64,000 bases of DNA from an uncultured Nitrospiraceae bacterium (GTDB lineage Bacteria > Nitrospirota > Nitrospiria > Nitrospirales > Nitrospiraceae), in contig CAWJWJ010000002.1 in assembly GCA_963846575.1 (NCBI GenBank), positions 1,312,001 through 1,376,000 on the forward strand, given 5' to 3'. Below the pieces are notes generated by a model. That model had not been told where the DNA came from and ran no database searches. It was given only the letters and a program-made list of their open reading frames with translations. Made by a program: the position numbers and the translations under genes. Below, piece by piece: positions 51,392 to 62,450 of the stretch. Numbering within the stretch: the stretch's first letter is position 1; each line of letters opens with the position of its first letter.

Positions 51392-51686
51392 GGCCCCGGC
51401 CTGTCTGTCTCACGCCCTCGTAGTCCATCCGGCGGTGTGGCGTGAGGGAGTAGGGACTGAGTGACGGCCAGAACCGCTCCCTTCTCTTCGCCTGTCCCCC
51501 ATACCACCCCCGCATCACGTTGGCCAAGGGATTTCCGTAGCAGCCCACCACATGCGTTGCCGGCCGGTCGGCGGCCATTCTGTCGAAATACCCTAATCGG
51601 TTTGTCGCCGGAAGCCCTCGTGTTATGAGTGAGAAGACGCGAGCCTCTTTGACACCTTTACGTTATTCACCCAATGGAGTGAATTC

Positions 51687-52433
51687 ATGAAATCAGCACG
51701 CCCATCCCTGGCTGCGCTCATCTGCGGTTGTTGGCTGATCGTTGGAAACCACTCGGCGTCTCTGGCGGCCACTCCTCCCCCGAGTCCGGCTAAGCCTTCA
51801 GCCGAGGCTCCTGCCCCCGCGCCGGAAAAGAAGAACGAGTTCTACGTAGCTCTCTATATGCAGGGCAGTTATCCGTTGAACCGACCGATCAGACTGCAGG
51901 ATGACCCCTTCACGAATACGGACGTTCAGGGCGGATTGGGCGGGGGATTGAAAGTCGGGGTGTTTCCGGCGTTCGCCGGCGAGGCGCTCGGACTGGAGGC
52001 CGATATCTCAGGGATGGATGGGAGCGTGGATGCGCCTGCCCGCACGACCGGCGGAGTGACGCGAAGCGGGACTTTCCGCCTTCAGTCGATCAATGCCATG
52101 GCCAATCTGTTGCTGCGTTATCCGGGCGACGTCATTCAGCCCTACATCGGAGTCGGCGCAGGATTGTCGGGCGGGTTTGCGCGGGATTTGAATCTGCAGC
52201 ACAGCACGATCGGATTCATCCGTGAAAATGCCGCCGACGGGGCGTTCGCCTATCAGTTTCTCGGCGGTATTCGCGCGAACGTAAGCGAACGGGTGTTTGT
52301 GTTTACGGAATACAAATATTTTGTCGCGAATTATCAGTGGGAAAGCGAGTTCGCGGATGGCTCACGCGGTCCGTCATTCACGCTGAATTATCGCGCGCAC
52401 ATCATATCAGGCGGCGTCGGGTTCAGTTTTTAA
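51687..52433 (+). CDS. Outer-membrane beta-barrel protein
   Basis: Signal peptide, QPYIGVGAG, FAYQFLGG, C-terminal Phe. Confidence 0.85.
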   Translation: MKSARPSLAALICGCWLIVGNHSASLAATPPPSPAKPSAEAPAPAPEKKNEFYVALYMQGSYPLNRPIRLQDDPFTNTDVQGGLGGGLKVGVFPAFAGEALGLEADISGMDGSVDAPARTTGGVTRSGTFRLQSINAMANLLLRYPGDVIQPYIGVGAGLSGGFARDLNLQHSTIGFIRENAADGAFAYQFLGGIRANVSERVFVFTEYKYFVANYQWESEFADGSRGPSFTLNYRAHIISGGVGFSF

Positions 52434-52661
52434 GTCTCCCGCCTGATTACCGGGTTCCGGTCCCGTCGCCGCCAGAGTCCTCGGCTCGCCGTCATGCAAC
52501 CTTCTGAGTCGGTACCCCTCACTGTGCTGGGTCCATCCGGGCAGTTCCCGATACAAGCGGAGGCCGAAGGGCTGGAAAGGCCTGCGCTTGCGGTTCACTC
52601 ATCCCGAGGCATAAGATAACCCATCACTTGCTCCTATTCCGGCATTCGGAGGCACAAGGCT

Positions 52662-53942
52662 GTGTTCTGGGACACGCGGCATCCTTCGCAGAAGCCAGAC
52701 CGCCTCTGTTCATTTTGCGGCAAACTTCAGGGCGCCGATCAGCACCTCATCGCCAATCCCGATCCGGTCACCTGCCACTCGTGCCACACGTCTTCTTCCC
52801 TGTCGGTCTGTGAAGAATGTATTCAGCGCTGCGCCTTGTCTCTGATCAGGGAGAAGCGCCAGAGCTCTGCCGCTCCCTCGTCGCTCCCGCTCGTGATCCC
52901 CAAGCCGACCGACATCAAAGCCACGCTGGATGATTACGTGATCGGGCAGGATCGCGCCAAGAAGGTCCTCTCCGTTGCGGTGCACAACCATTACAAACGG
53001 ATCGCGAACCGGGAGCGTCTCAAGCATGTCGATCTCCAAAAGGGCAACATTCTGATGATCGGATCGACCGGAACCGGGAAGACCCTGCTCTCCCAGACCC
53101 TGGCTCGTATCCTTCACGTTCCCTTTACCATTGCGGATGCCACGGTCCTGACGGAGGCGGGATATGTAGGAGAGGATGTCGAGAATGTGGTCCTCAAGCT
53201 GCTGCAGAGTTGCGATTACGACGTGACGCGCGCGGAAACCGGCATCATCTACATCGATGAAATCGATAAGATCAGCCGTAAGTCGGAGAATCCCTCGTTG
53301 ACCCGTGACGTATCCGGCGAGGGGGTGCAGCAGGCGCTTCTGAAACTGGTCGAAGGGACGATCTGCAATGTCCCCCCCAAAGGAGGACGGAAGCATCCGG
53401 AGCAGGATTATATTCGCGTGGACACGACGAATATTTTGTTCATCGCTGGCGGGGCGTTCGTCGGATTGGATCAGATCATCGCGCAACGGAGGATGCCAAA
53501 ACGGCTGGGGTTTGGAGCGCTGAGCTCTGCCGCGGAAATCGACGGCCATACCGACCTGCTGCGTTACGCACAAGCCGAGGATTTGCTGAAGTTCGGGCTG
53601 ATTCCCGAGTTCGTCGGCCGCTTTCCTGTCTTGACGACGCTGGCGGATCTCGACGTGCCTGCGTTGATTCGGGTGCTGACTGAGCCACGCAACGCGTTGG
53701 TGAAACAGTATCAGGCGTTATTTGAGATCGAGGGCGTCGAACTTGAATTTACCGACAGCGCGGTGAAAGCCGTAGCGCGCAGGGCAGCCGTCATGAAAAC
53801 CGGAGCGCGGGCGCTTCGCTCGATCCTGGAGGAGGTGATGCTGGACCTGATGTACGAGATTCCCGCGCTAAGCGGGGTGAAATCCGTCGTGATCACTGAA
53901 GAGGTTATCGCGGGAATCGGGCAACCGCAAATTCTTACCTGA
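52662..53942 (+). CDS. clpX: ClpX ATPase with atypical zinc-binding domain; no adjacent clpP
   Basis: [50 protein letters not shown] loop. Confidence 0.92.
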   Translation: MFWDTRHPSQKPDRLCSFCGKLQGADQHLIANPDPVTCHSCHTSSSLSVCEECIQRCALSLIREKRQSSAAPSSLPLVIPKPTDIKATLDDYVIGQDRAKKVLSVAVHNHYKRIANRERLKHVDLQKGNILMIGSTGTGKTLLSQTLARILHVPFTIADATVLTEAGYVGEDVENVVLKLLQSCDYDVTRAETGIIYIDEIDKISRKSENPSLTRDVSGEGVQQALLKLVEGTICNVPPKGGRKHPEQDYIRVDTTNILFIAGGAFVGLDQIIAQRRMPKRLGFGALSSAAEIDGHTDLLRYAQAEDLLKFGLIPEFVGRFPVLTTLADLDVPALIRVLTEPRNALVKQYQALFEIEGVELEFTDSAVKAVARRAAVMKTGARALRSILEEVMLDLMYEIPALSGVKSVVITEEVIAGIGQPQILT

Positions 53943-54091
53943 CACAGTCGGCATCACGCATCCTGCCCCCGGAGCTTCGCCATAGGCGCGACTGGCCAAT
54001 GATGGAGAGGCCAAGCCTTTCCTGTAACCTGTCTCCGTTGTCAGAGCAGGTGTGGACAGGTGCGACAGGCACTTATCGAGAATCAGGGGAA

Positions 54092-54259
54092 TCAGGCCGC
54101 GTGCTTGGCGCGCGTCGCCTGCATCCCCGGCTGAAGAGAGCGATGACCGTCGCGAGACGACCCTAACCGTCTCTTCTCCGATTCACTCTCGGCCGCCATG
54201 GACCAGGCGAGGAGCCAAACTAGGGCGATCATGATTCCGAGACCGATCATCGCGACCAT
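54092..54259 (-). CDS. 55-aa single-TM protein ending KHAA
   Basis: GGAGG RBS; MVAMIGLGIMIALVWLLAWSM... Confidence 0.65.
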   Translation of the reverse strand: MVAMIGLGIMIALVWLLAWSMAAESESEKRRLGSSRDGHRSLQPGMQATRAKHAA

Positions 54260-54463
54260 AGGGCACCTCCGTTCCCGAACAACGAGACCCTACCCGTAGC
54301 AACAACGCCAAGACATCCCGCCTTCCTACAAGCCAGAGCAATTCCATCGCTGCCGACTCGCTGACGTTGTGCGAGTGCATGATGCATCACCCCGCAAGCC
54401 CGGTCGGTGAAGGTGACGGGGGACCTCCACCGGCCGGCAGGGGCCGTCAGGTCAGCCGCCAAT

Positions 54464-54643
54464 TTATGCTGCCTGCCTGGACCCGGTCGAAGGTTGCGCG
54501 ACCCTCTGATCCGACTTGTCGGCGCTGTCGTTCGACACCCCGGATGATCCTTTCGGCCTGGAGTAGAGGATCCCCACGCAAATGAAGAGGGTCGCCACCA
54601 TGGCCAGGAGACCGAACACGATTCCCCAATAGACACCAGACAT
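54464..54643 (-). CDS. 59-aa single-TM protein ending RQAA
   Basis: GGGAG RBS; MSGVYWGIVFGLLAMVATLFICVGILY... Confidence 0.65.
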   Translation of the reverse strand: MSGVYWGIVFGLLAMVATLFICVGILYSRPKGSSGVSNDSADKSDQRVAQPSTGSRQAA

Positions 54644-55234
54644 AGGTCACGCTCCCGCGCGTATCGCGCGAGTCCTTTGTGTACGCGCCTTGACGGCACG
54701 ACGGAGTGTCACGGGCGCCGGTGGAGTGCCGGGTCCTGGCGCGCGGGTGATTGTTCTGCTTCTCGCGCTGATCGAGCCGGATTTCAAGACGGGAGGATCG
54801 GCCTGATTCTGGATGCAGGGCGTCGCTCCTGAGCATTGCCGCACCTGCCTCTGGAACCGCTGATCGGAACTCCATGTCGGATAATGGTCACTCGAGGCCT
54901 GCTGTTCCCGCCTCCGGCAAGTGCAGGTGGACAGGGGGCTCCGGAGGTCGAGGAGGAGACTTCCAGTATGTGGAATTACAACCGGAGACGACAACTCGGT
55001 ACTATCGTTGGGAAAAGCCGGCGTCGGGAGGAGGTCACATCTGCCACGCTCATGCCGTTGGATGCCTGCTCCACGGAAGAACATGGGGTCACCTCCAGAT
55101 TGAGGAGGTACGTGACGAATAGTTCATCCTATTCCTTGACAGGGTCATGGTCAAGGGCGTGGATGGGAGAACGGGTTGGATAGCCGGAGCAGTGGGCGGA
55201 GTTGAATCTTAACGGAAGAAGCGTGGCAGCAGAC

Positions 55235-55636
55235 TCAGAGAAACTCTCCGGGCTGGGTGCCCTGCCGTTGTGACGGCTTGGAGGATTTGAAGCGAAGCGT
55301 GAATTCATGTTGATCACTATCGGGCGAGAGCTGAAAGGATCCTTCTGCAGTGAGGTGTTCCGGAGAATGAGATTTACCCTGTGGAAAGAGCTTCAGGCGG
55401 AATTCCCCGGTCCGGCGGGATTCAGGGGATGACAGGTGCCCCTCTACCTCAACATATTCTTGTATAGTCGCCAGGGCTTGGTCGAACAGCCCGTGCAGGA
55501 GATCGTCCGCCTCGGGCTTGTCTATGGGGCCATTCGTGGAGAGATGGCCCAGGTGCCCTCCCTGATGCCCGCTCTGTTCAGCCGCCATCAGTGGAGTCGT
55601 AATGAACAGGATGAAAGCGAGAAACATGCCGACCAT
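55235..55636 (-). CDS. Exported hypothetical protein
   Basis: Signal peptide; coherent ORF downstream of lipoprotein gene. Confidence 0.65.
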   Translation of the reverse strand: MVGMFLAFILFITTPLMAAEQSGHQGGHLGHLSTNGPIDKPEADDLLHGLFDQALATIQEYVEVEGHLSSPESRRTGEFRLKLFPQGKSHSPEHLTAEGSFQLSPDSDQHEFTLRFKSSKPSQRQGTQPGEFL

Positions 55637-55722
55637 GATGCCAGTCTATCGGGCTGGCGGCACATCAGTCAAGCGCGTGAGACGTGACGACGGAACTCCG
55701 ATTGCGGATCAGTGGGGGGAGA

Positions 55723-56895
55723 CTAACAACGAGGGAGGAGTTTCTCATTCCTGTGCCATTGGGACACCGCACCGCTGTTATCGGTCAACTCCATCTTGTC
55801 CCTGGAGAAGACCTGCATCGAGAGGGGAAGCGTCTTGCTTCGAGCAGGGATCAGCTTGAACCGATCTCCTTCCGGCTCGACCCGGCCCGTCTGGGTGGTG
55901 GCCTTGTAAAACTCCGACACGTTGGCGGAGGTGATGGTCCACACGAATTCTTCCTGACGATCGACGAATTTGGCCGATCCCTCCCACATCCCGATAAGGG
56001 CTGGTTCCACCGGCGCCAGCCTCTTGACCGTCATCTTGCGGGGGAGGGAACCGAATGACTGCCAGAGGAGCGGATCGAATTTGCGGGGCGCCTGATTCTT
56101 CGGGATCTTGTTCCAGTCCACACTCATGTTGCCGGTCGTCGAAAACCGATCACTTCCAGCAAGTCGGTAGGTTCCGTGCAGGATCTCCTGGTACGATTCG
56201 GCCTGCCAGCTACCCCGGTCTGCCACGACCGTTCCCGGCATGACCACCGCCGTCGTCAGAGTCCAGTCCGCACGCTCGCTTAAAGCGAGGTGACCCTTTC
56301 CGAACATCAGCCCCACCGGGACGCAGCCGTACCAGTCTCCGCCCCACTCGGGGAGGACTCCGGTCGATTCCGACCCCAGGGCAGCGGATGCCACGGCAAC
56401 GGGAAGGAGCGGCTTGGCGGCGAGCTTATTGGCGGCAACCTTTGCGAGACTCGTGACTGCGGCCTGGGGATTGGATTGCTTCGATGATACGAGCGACAGG
56501 GTCACCAGCGCATCGTTCTTCAGAAAGGTCAGCTCAATGCCCCCGATGGGAGAGCGAAGTGTGAAGGCCCCTTCGCCGATTCCCGGGATCGGTTGGCGTC
56601 CGGGCTTCGCCTGTTTGTCGCGAAAGAGACTTTTCGTGTTCCCGTCCGGTCCTGAATCGAATTCGACCGTCACTGTCTCCTGTGGATTGCGTTTTGCCTG
56701 GTAGAGACACTGGCGGTCATTGTGACGGACGCCCGTCGTCACCGGCGTGCCGATGGCCAATTCGACATCGGCTTCGCTTACGATCAAACAGGCGTTCAGG
56801 TTTGTAGTGAGCACGTCGGAAGACTGAGAGCAACCCAGCATTCCCCAGGCCAGCAAGACACAAGATGTCACTCGAAAGGACGGCAGATTAAACAT
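55723..56895 (-). CDS. Hypothetical lipoprotein
   Basis: MLGC lipobox; AC.IVSEADV and PIPGIGEGAF (DUF3558-like) segments. Confidence 0.7.
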   Translation of the reverse strand: MFNLPSFRVTSCVLLAWGMLGCSQSSDVLTTNLNACLIVSEADVELAIGTPVTTGVRHNDRQCLYQAKRNPQETVTVEFDSGPDGNTKSLFRDKQAKPGRQPIPGIGEGAFTLRSPIGGIELTFLKNDALVTLSLVSSKQSNPQAAVTSLAKVAANKLAAKPLLPVAVASAALGSESTGVLPEWGGDWYGCVPVGLMFGKGHLALSERADWTLTTAVVMPGTVVADRGSWQAESYQEILHGTYRLAGSDRFSTTGNMSVDWNKIPKNQAPRKFDPLLWQSFGSLPRKMTVKRLAPVEPALIGMWEGSAKFVDRQEEFVWTITSANVSEFYKATTQTGRVEPEGDRFKLIPARSKTLPLSMQVFSRDKMELTDNSGAVSQWHRNEKLLPRC

Positions 56896-56990
56896 TGATT
56901 TCAGTCTAGGGGTCGTCGGAGCAAATAGCAAGCTGCAATGCCGGGTCCGGCGGTCGCGGTGCGGGCCGCCACTCGAATGGAGAATCACGG

Positions 56991-57410
56991 CTAAGCCGGA
57001 ACGAATTTCAGTGACACGCCGTTGATGCAGTATCGAAGTCCGGTTGGCTTGGGGCCGTCATTGAAGATGTGACCCTGGTGGCCGTTGCAACGGGCGCAAT
57101 GAACTTCGGTGCGGGTCATAAAGAATTTGGAATCAGTGCGTGTCTCGACCACCCTGGGATCGATCGGCTGCCAGAAGCTCGGCCATCCTGTGCCGCTATC
57201 GAACTTATGCTCCGAGGAATAGGCGGGAAGCTCGCAGCCGGCGCAACGATAGATGCCTGCCTGATGATTGTCGTGGAGCGGACTCGTAAAGGCCCGCTCG
57301 GTGTCGTCATGCCGCAAGACCTGATAGGCCGCAGGAGCCAGCAGCTTCTTCCACTCTTCGTCACTCTTGTTCACTTTCACGATCGGGCCGATATCGATCT
57401 TCTCGCTCAT
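56991..57410 (-). CDS. msrB: Peptide-methionine (R)-S-oxide reductase
   Basis: KFDSGTGWPSF, GHQGHIF.DGP, RYCIN; two CxxC. Confidence 0.95.
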   Translation of the reverse strand: MSEKIDIGPIVKVNKSDEEWKKLLAPAAYQVLRHDDTERAFTSPLHDNHQAGIYRCAGCELPAYSSEHKFDSGTGWPSFWQPIDPRVVETRTDSKFFMTRTEVHCARCNGHQGHIFNDGPKPTGLRYCINGVSLKFVPA

Positions 57411-57525
57411 GATGCTCTCCTCAGTCCGCTTGGTGATGAGACATGGGCCTCTCCCCCTACGGTACCATGCTCATGTCTCATCAACCAATGGCTTCTTGCC
57501 GGAGCCGGGCCAGTCGGACTCACGA

Positions 57526-59925
57526 TTATGATCCGGCCAGTGAAGACCCTGCACCCACTTCTGAATGAGGCCGGGGACCCGATTCCTCGTGAAACGCGGC
57601 TTGCAATACCTCATCCAATCGCTGAACCAGGAAGACCTGTAAATCCTGGCGTACTTCCTCCGGGATCTCTTTCAGATCCTTCTCGTTCGCCTTCGGCAGA
57701 ATGATGCGTCGAAGACCGGCGCGGTGGGCCGCCAGGACCTTCTCCTTGATTCCGCCAACCGGCAACACTAACCCCGTCAGGCTGATCTCGCCTGTCATGG
57801 CCGTGTCGCTGCGCACCGGCTTGCCGACATAGGCGGAGGCCAGTGCTGTGGCCATGGTAATACCGGCAGAGGGACCATCCTTAGGAATGGCGCCGGAGGG
57901 CACATGAATATGGACGCCATTCCGTTTGAATCGGGAAATGTCGAGCCCCATGGCTTCCGCATGACTCCACAGATAACTCCGCGCGGCGCGCGCGGATTCC
58001 TGCATCACATCACCCAGCTGACCGGTCAGCGTCATGTCATGGCTTCCCGGCAGCAGGCTCGTTTCGATGTACAGCACATCACCGCCGGTCGGAGTCCAGG
58101 CGAGACCGGTCGCGACACCGGCCGGCAAGTCCTTCCTGGCTTCTTCCGGCTGAAACCGTTCCTGGCCCAGCCACTCGTCGAGCAGCGACACGGTAATATC
58201 GACTGTCGTCGACGGGGAGTCGGCAGGCTGATCCGCCAACGTCACGGCGATTTTCCTCGTGAGGCGCCCGAGCATCTGTTCCAGCTGCCTGACCCCGGAC
58301 TCCCGGGTATAGCGGCCGATGATGTGGTCGAGCACGGCCTCCGGCAGATTGACGTCCTCCGGCCGCAACCCGGCCTCTTTCAACCGTCGTGGCCAGAGGT
58401 AACGAATCGCGATTTCACGTTTCTCACGCTCGCTGTATCCATTCAGGCGAATGATCTCCATCCGGTCCAGCAGCGGCTGCGACAGCGTCTCCAGGGTATT
58501 GGCCGTCGTAATAAAAAACACTTTCGACAGGTCGAACGGCAGATCGAGATAGTGGTCGCGGAACGTATGGTTCTGCGCCGGATCCAGGATTTCCAGCAAT
58601 GCCGCGGCGGGATCGCCCCGGAAATCGCGCCCGAGTTTATCCACTTCGTCGAGCATGATGACCGGATTGTTCACCCCCGCACGCCGCACCGCTTGAATAA
58701 TGCGGCCGGGAAGCGCGCCGACATAGGTGCGGCGGTGGCCGCGCAGTTCACCTTCATCATGCAGTCCACCGAGGCTGAAGCGTTCGAAGGTGCGTCCCAT
58801 CGACTTGGCGATGGACTGTCCCAAACTGGTCTTACCCACGCCCGGAGGCCCCACCAAGCAGAGGATCGGGGCCTTGGCGGCCGGGTTCAATTTCAGAACG
58901 GCCAGATGTTCCACGATGCGTTCTTTCACTTCCTTGATCCCGTAGTGATCCTCGTTCAAGACCTGACGGACATGCGCGAGATCCAGATGCTCTTCCGAGG
59001 CCTTGTTCCAGGGCAGCTCGAGCACCAGCTCCAGGTAGCTGCGGATCACCTGATGCTCGGGAGAGGCGCTCGGGGTCTTGGCAAGCCGGGCGAGTTCCCG
59101 ATCGGTCTCCTTCCGTACATGTTCCGGAAGATCGGCCTCTTGAATTTTCGTTCTGAGCGAGCCGACATCGTCTTCTTCGCCGCCATTCTCACCCAGCTCC
59201 TGCTGAATGGTTTTCAGTTGCTCACGCAGGAGATATTCGCGCTGGGTCCTGCCCAGTTTCTCCCGGGCTTCGCTGGCGATCTTGTCCCGTAATTGAAGAA
59301 TTTGGATTTCGCGCGACAGCGCGGCATAGAGGCCCCGCAGCAGGTCCGCGCGCGTGGCCGCTTCAAGCAACTGTTGTTCGCCGTCCAACGTAAGATTCAA
59401 CAGCGAGGCGATGCGATAGGCCAGGACCACCGGGTCCTGCTCGGTACCCAGCGTCGCCACGGCTTCGTTCACTCCGGGCGTTTGTATCAGCTTGGGCAAC
59501 TCGGTGATGATGTCCAGAATCGCCCGGTGCAGCGCCTCGACCTCCGTGCTCTGTTCACTGGGAGGAAGCAACTGTTTCACGCGCGCCTGCAGATAGGGCT
59601 CGGTCTGGTCGAGTTTCAGCAGTACGAATCGCTCCAGGCCCTGGATCAGAATATTGTAGTGTCCTTCCGCCGCGCGGGCCGTTTGTTTGATGACGGCCTT
59701 TGTGCCGATGGTATAGAGATCCTGAAGTAACGGCTGATCGGTTTGCGCGTCCCGTTGAGCCACGACGAGCAGCGTTTTGTCTTCGGTCTTCAACGCCGCT
59801 TCCACCGCCGCGATCGAACGGTCCCGTCCCACGGTCAGGGGCATCATCGTGCCGGGAAACAACACCGTTCTCTTCAGGGGCAGCACGGGCAGATTCGTGA
59901 GTATGGGGGCATTCGAATCGGTCAT
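57526..59925 (-). CDS. lon: Lon protease
   Basis: [24 protein letters not shown]. Confidence 0.96.
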   Translation of the reverse strand: MTDSNAPILTNLPVLPLKRTVLFPGTMMPLTVGRDRSIAAVEAALKTEDKTLLVVAQRDAQTDQPLLQDLYTIGTKAVIKQTARAAEGHYNILIQGLERFVLLKLDQTEPYLQARVKQLLPPSEQSTEVEALHRAILDIITELPKLIQTPGVNEAVATLGTEQDPVVLAYRIASLLNLTLDGEQQLLEAATRADLLRGLYAALSREIQILQLRDKIASEAREKLGRTQREYLLREQLKTIQQELGENGGEEDDVGSLRTKIQEADLPEHVRKETDRELARLAKTPSASPEHQVIRSYLELVLELPWNKASEEHLDLAHVRQVLNEDHYGIKEVKERIVEHLAVLKLNPAAKAPILCLVGPPGVGKTSLGQSIAKSMGRTFERFSLGGLHDEGELRGHRRTYVGALPGRIIQAVRRAGVNNPVIMLDEVDKLGRDFRGDPAAALLEILDPAQNHTFRDHYLDLPFDLSKVFFITTANTLETLSQPLLDRMEIIRLNGYSEREKREIAIRYLWPRRLKEAGLRPEDVNLPEAVLDHIIGRYTRESGVRQLEQMLGRLTRKIAVTLADQPADSPSTTVDITVSLLDEWLGQERFQPEEARKDLPAGVATGLAWTPTGGDVLYIETSLLPGSHDMTLTGQLGDVMQESARAARSYLWSHAEAMGLDISRFKRNGVHIHVPSGAIPKDGPSAGITMATALASAYVGKPVRSDTAMTGEISLTGLVLPVGGIKEKVLAAHRAGLRRIILPKANEKDLKEIPEEVRQDLQVFLVQRLDEVLQAAFHEESGPRPHSEVGAGSSLAGS

Positions 59926-60070
59926 GGCGTCCTCCGTATGCTCGGATGGTCTGCTGATTGCGGCGGCGTGCAGTCAGGAAAAAATCTTCACGCTTGTTCG
60001 TCTTGGTTAAGATAGCCACCGGAATAGGGGAGTCAAGCGGGAGCTCTGCAGCGCAGACACGGGCGAGCGC

Positions 60071-62164
60071 CTATCGGTCGATGAAAAGGCTGCCGGGATT
60101 CTCGATGTAGGTCTTGCCATTAAGGCGTTCCGGTCGCGCGTCTCTGGCCGCCAACGGAACGGAAAAGTAATCATCCCGGCCGTCGAGATCGAAAAATGCG
60201 CCGATGCTGTCTCGATCGCCCAGGCCCAGTCCGCGGCTGGCCGCATACTGGTCGGCGCCGCCTTCTTCCACAAACAGACCCCACCCCCCGAGATCGCCCA
60301 TTCCCAAACCGGTCGACGCAGGCAGGTCGTAGAAGTCGCTGGTCATACCGGCGTCCACCGCCAGGGCGACACTACCGTCCCAGGCCGCCCCGCCGTTGTA
60401 AAACGGCCCGTTCGAGCCATAGCGGTCCTTGCCCTGATAGTCCACGATCAGGCCGACGCCGAAGTGGGCCGCCGTGCCGTGCCCGTAGCGAGCGGCCTGA
60501 TGATCGTCGTTTCCGTCAAGATCCAGCCTCGCCCCGATTCCGAAAAAGTATCCGTGGCCCTGCGAAAAGTTCGCGCTATGATAACGATCCTGCCCGTCCA
60601 GATCGATCAGCATGCCCAAGCCGCCGGCCAGGCTCAGTGCCTGATGCGCGGGATTCTTCGTGAAGACGCGTAGGCCGGATCCGGTGCCGAGTCCGAAACA
60701 ATCGTATTGGAAACCGGCGTCGCCGGGCTTGGCGTCCGGAGCGTCAGCTGCATTGTAGGCGCTCGGATAATGCTCGCCGCATGAATAGGCATCATCGCCG
60801 GCAACATCAATGACCGCTCCCACGCCCAAGGGGGCGCCGAATCCCAGCGCATAACCGAAGCTCGTATATCGATCGTCTCCGGCCCGATCCACGAGAAGGC
60901 CGAATCCGCCGAAGGCCGCCCCTTGGGTAAAGCGACTGCCTTCGTAGGTGTCGTGTCCTTCTCCATCATACAGGACCCCGAGCCCCGCCACTCCGACGCC
61001 GCCGGACCCCGGGGAGAGGCGATAGATATCGTCTCCGCTGTGATCGATGACGATGCCGACTCCTGCACGACCGGTGGCCAGTCCCAACGGAGAGGGCAGA
61101 TAGGTATCATTCCCGCTCAGATCGATCACCATGCCGTTGCCGAGATCGGCGGTGGGGCTCGCCCCGATGGTGCCCTGGTACGTGTCGTTGCCGCCGAGGT
61201 CGATGATGAGGGCGGCGCCCTGCTCGAGGTCATAGGTATTCGGACCTCGTCCCCCGATGATGAGCCATCCGTACGAGGTCGGCTGGGCCAGGAGCAGGTC
61301 ACCGGTGACGCCGGGAAACGAATGGGTGACCGGCGGTTTGTTGGTGAAGACCAGGTCCAGCTGTCGCAAAAATTTCCGGTTCCCCAGCCGGGCCAATCGC
61401 TGCGTGGCGGTAATCAGGGAACCATAGTCGACCTGTTGGATGAGTAGGGTGGCGTATCTGACCGCGGCCTCGGCGTCGGATAACTGAGCCGGCGGTGTGA
61501 CCTGGGGGCTGAAGTGTTCCACGAGGGGGCGGGCGTGGGCAAACAAAAATTCCCGATCTTGCGGGGAGAGGCGACGCAGGGCATGCTCCCGGTCTTGATA
61601 GGCATCCTCGAGGGCTTCCATAATAAACCCGAGCACGTCCTCAGGCGCGAGGGTCGCAGGAAACACGAGCGGTCGGAAGGGCGCGCCCGTCCGGTCCAGG
61701 CCGCCTTCCAGGATTTCGATGACGGCCGGTAGTCCTTCAATTCCCGATTCCGCTGCCCCGGCGGCGAGTAGACCGGTTTGTTCAATGGTTGAGAGTCCGT
61801 CCCAGGGATCGGCGAGCGTGCGCAACACCAGACTCCGCTTAAATCTGGCGATCTTGTTGGTCTGGTCGGCCAGGCTCTTACGGACTGCAGGAAGATTGAC
61901 GTTCAGGTTGTCCCGCAATTCCGGTTCGACGACCGCTTGCATGCGCGCCACGATGGCCTGTTGTTCCCGATCCGCTCGTCGGTCGAGCGGCTGGGTCACG
62001 GAGAAGAGATGGGAGATCTGAGTGCAGGCGCCCAGGACGATACACAAACTGAATACCGACAGGAGCGAGACCCATCGTCCCGCGGCGCCATTCCGATCCC
62101 TTTTCACCCGTTGGGGGTGAACGGGACGCGGGTTGCTGAAAAAAGAGCGGGAGATGTGGAACAT
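60071..62164 (-). CDS. Large putative lipoprotein with Gly-rich D-x-x-G-[DN]-D-x-Y repeats
   Basis: LGAC lipobox; repeated IDLGGNDTY/IDHSGDDIY/VDRAGDDRY units; start uncertain. Confidence 0.75.
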   Translation of the reverse strand: MFHISRSFFSNPRPVHPQRVKRDRNGAAGRWVSLLSVFSLCIVLGACTQISHLFSVTQPLDRRADREQQAIVARMQAVVEPELRDNLNVNLPAVRKSLADQTNKIARFKRSLVLRTLADPWDGLSTIEQTGLLAAGAAESGIEGLPAVIEILEGGLDRTGAPFRPLVFPATLAPEDVLGFIMEALEDAYQDREHALRRLSPQDREFLFAHARPLVEHFSPQVTPPAQLSDAEAAVRYATLLIQQVDYGSLITATQRLARLGNRKFLRQLDLVFTNKPPVTHSFPGVTGDLLLAQPTSYGWLIIGGRGPNTYDLEQGAALIIDLGGNDTYQGTIGASPTADLGNGMVIDLSGNDTYLPSPLGLATGRAGVGIVIDHSGDDIYRLSPGSGGVGVAGLGVLYDGEGHDTYEGSRFTQGAAFGGFGLLVDRAGDDRYTSFGYALGFGAPLGVGAVIDVAGDDAYSCGEHYPSAYNAADAPDAKPGDAGFQYDCFGLGTGSGLRVFTKNPAHQALSLAGGLGMLIDLDGQDRYHSANFSQGHGYFFGIGARLDLDGNDDHQAARYGHGTAAHFGVGLIVDYQGKDRYGSNGPFYNGGAAWDGSVALAVDAGMTSDFYDLPASTGLGMGDLGGWGLFVEEGGADQYAASRGLGLGDRDSIGAFFDLDGRDDYFSVPLAARDARPERLNGKTYIENPGSLFIDR

Positions 62165-62450
62165 TGTGTCTGCGATCACAGGCCCTCTCAGCCGACGCCC
62201 GTTGTGCTGCTCTCTCCTACACAATAGAGGGACTGCCATCCTGAGGCAAGAGGCCCGCGTCCCGCAGGCAGCCATCCGCCCGCGATCAACGGTCATGGGT
62301 GGCCGGATGGGCACGCATGCGCCGCATCCGCCGCAGGGTGAATGGAAGATGGGTCCGCTTGATTCCGCCGGTCGTCCGGTAGACGACGATCACGCCTGGT
62401 GAGGTTCCATGACCGGATCGCCTGTCATGTAAGGAGAAACGCGTGAACCG

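Noticed and set aside
60071..61300. Gly/Asp repeats as an RTX toxin
   Set aside because: Repeat is D-x-x-G-x-D-x-Y in a lipoprotein; no type I secretion genes nearby
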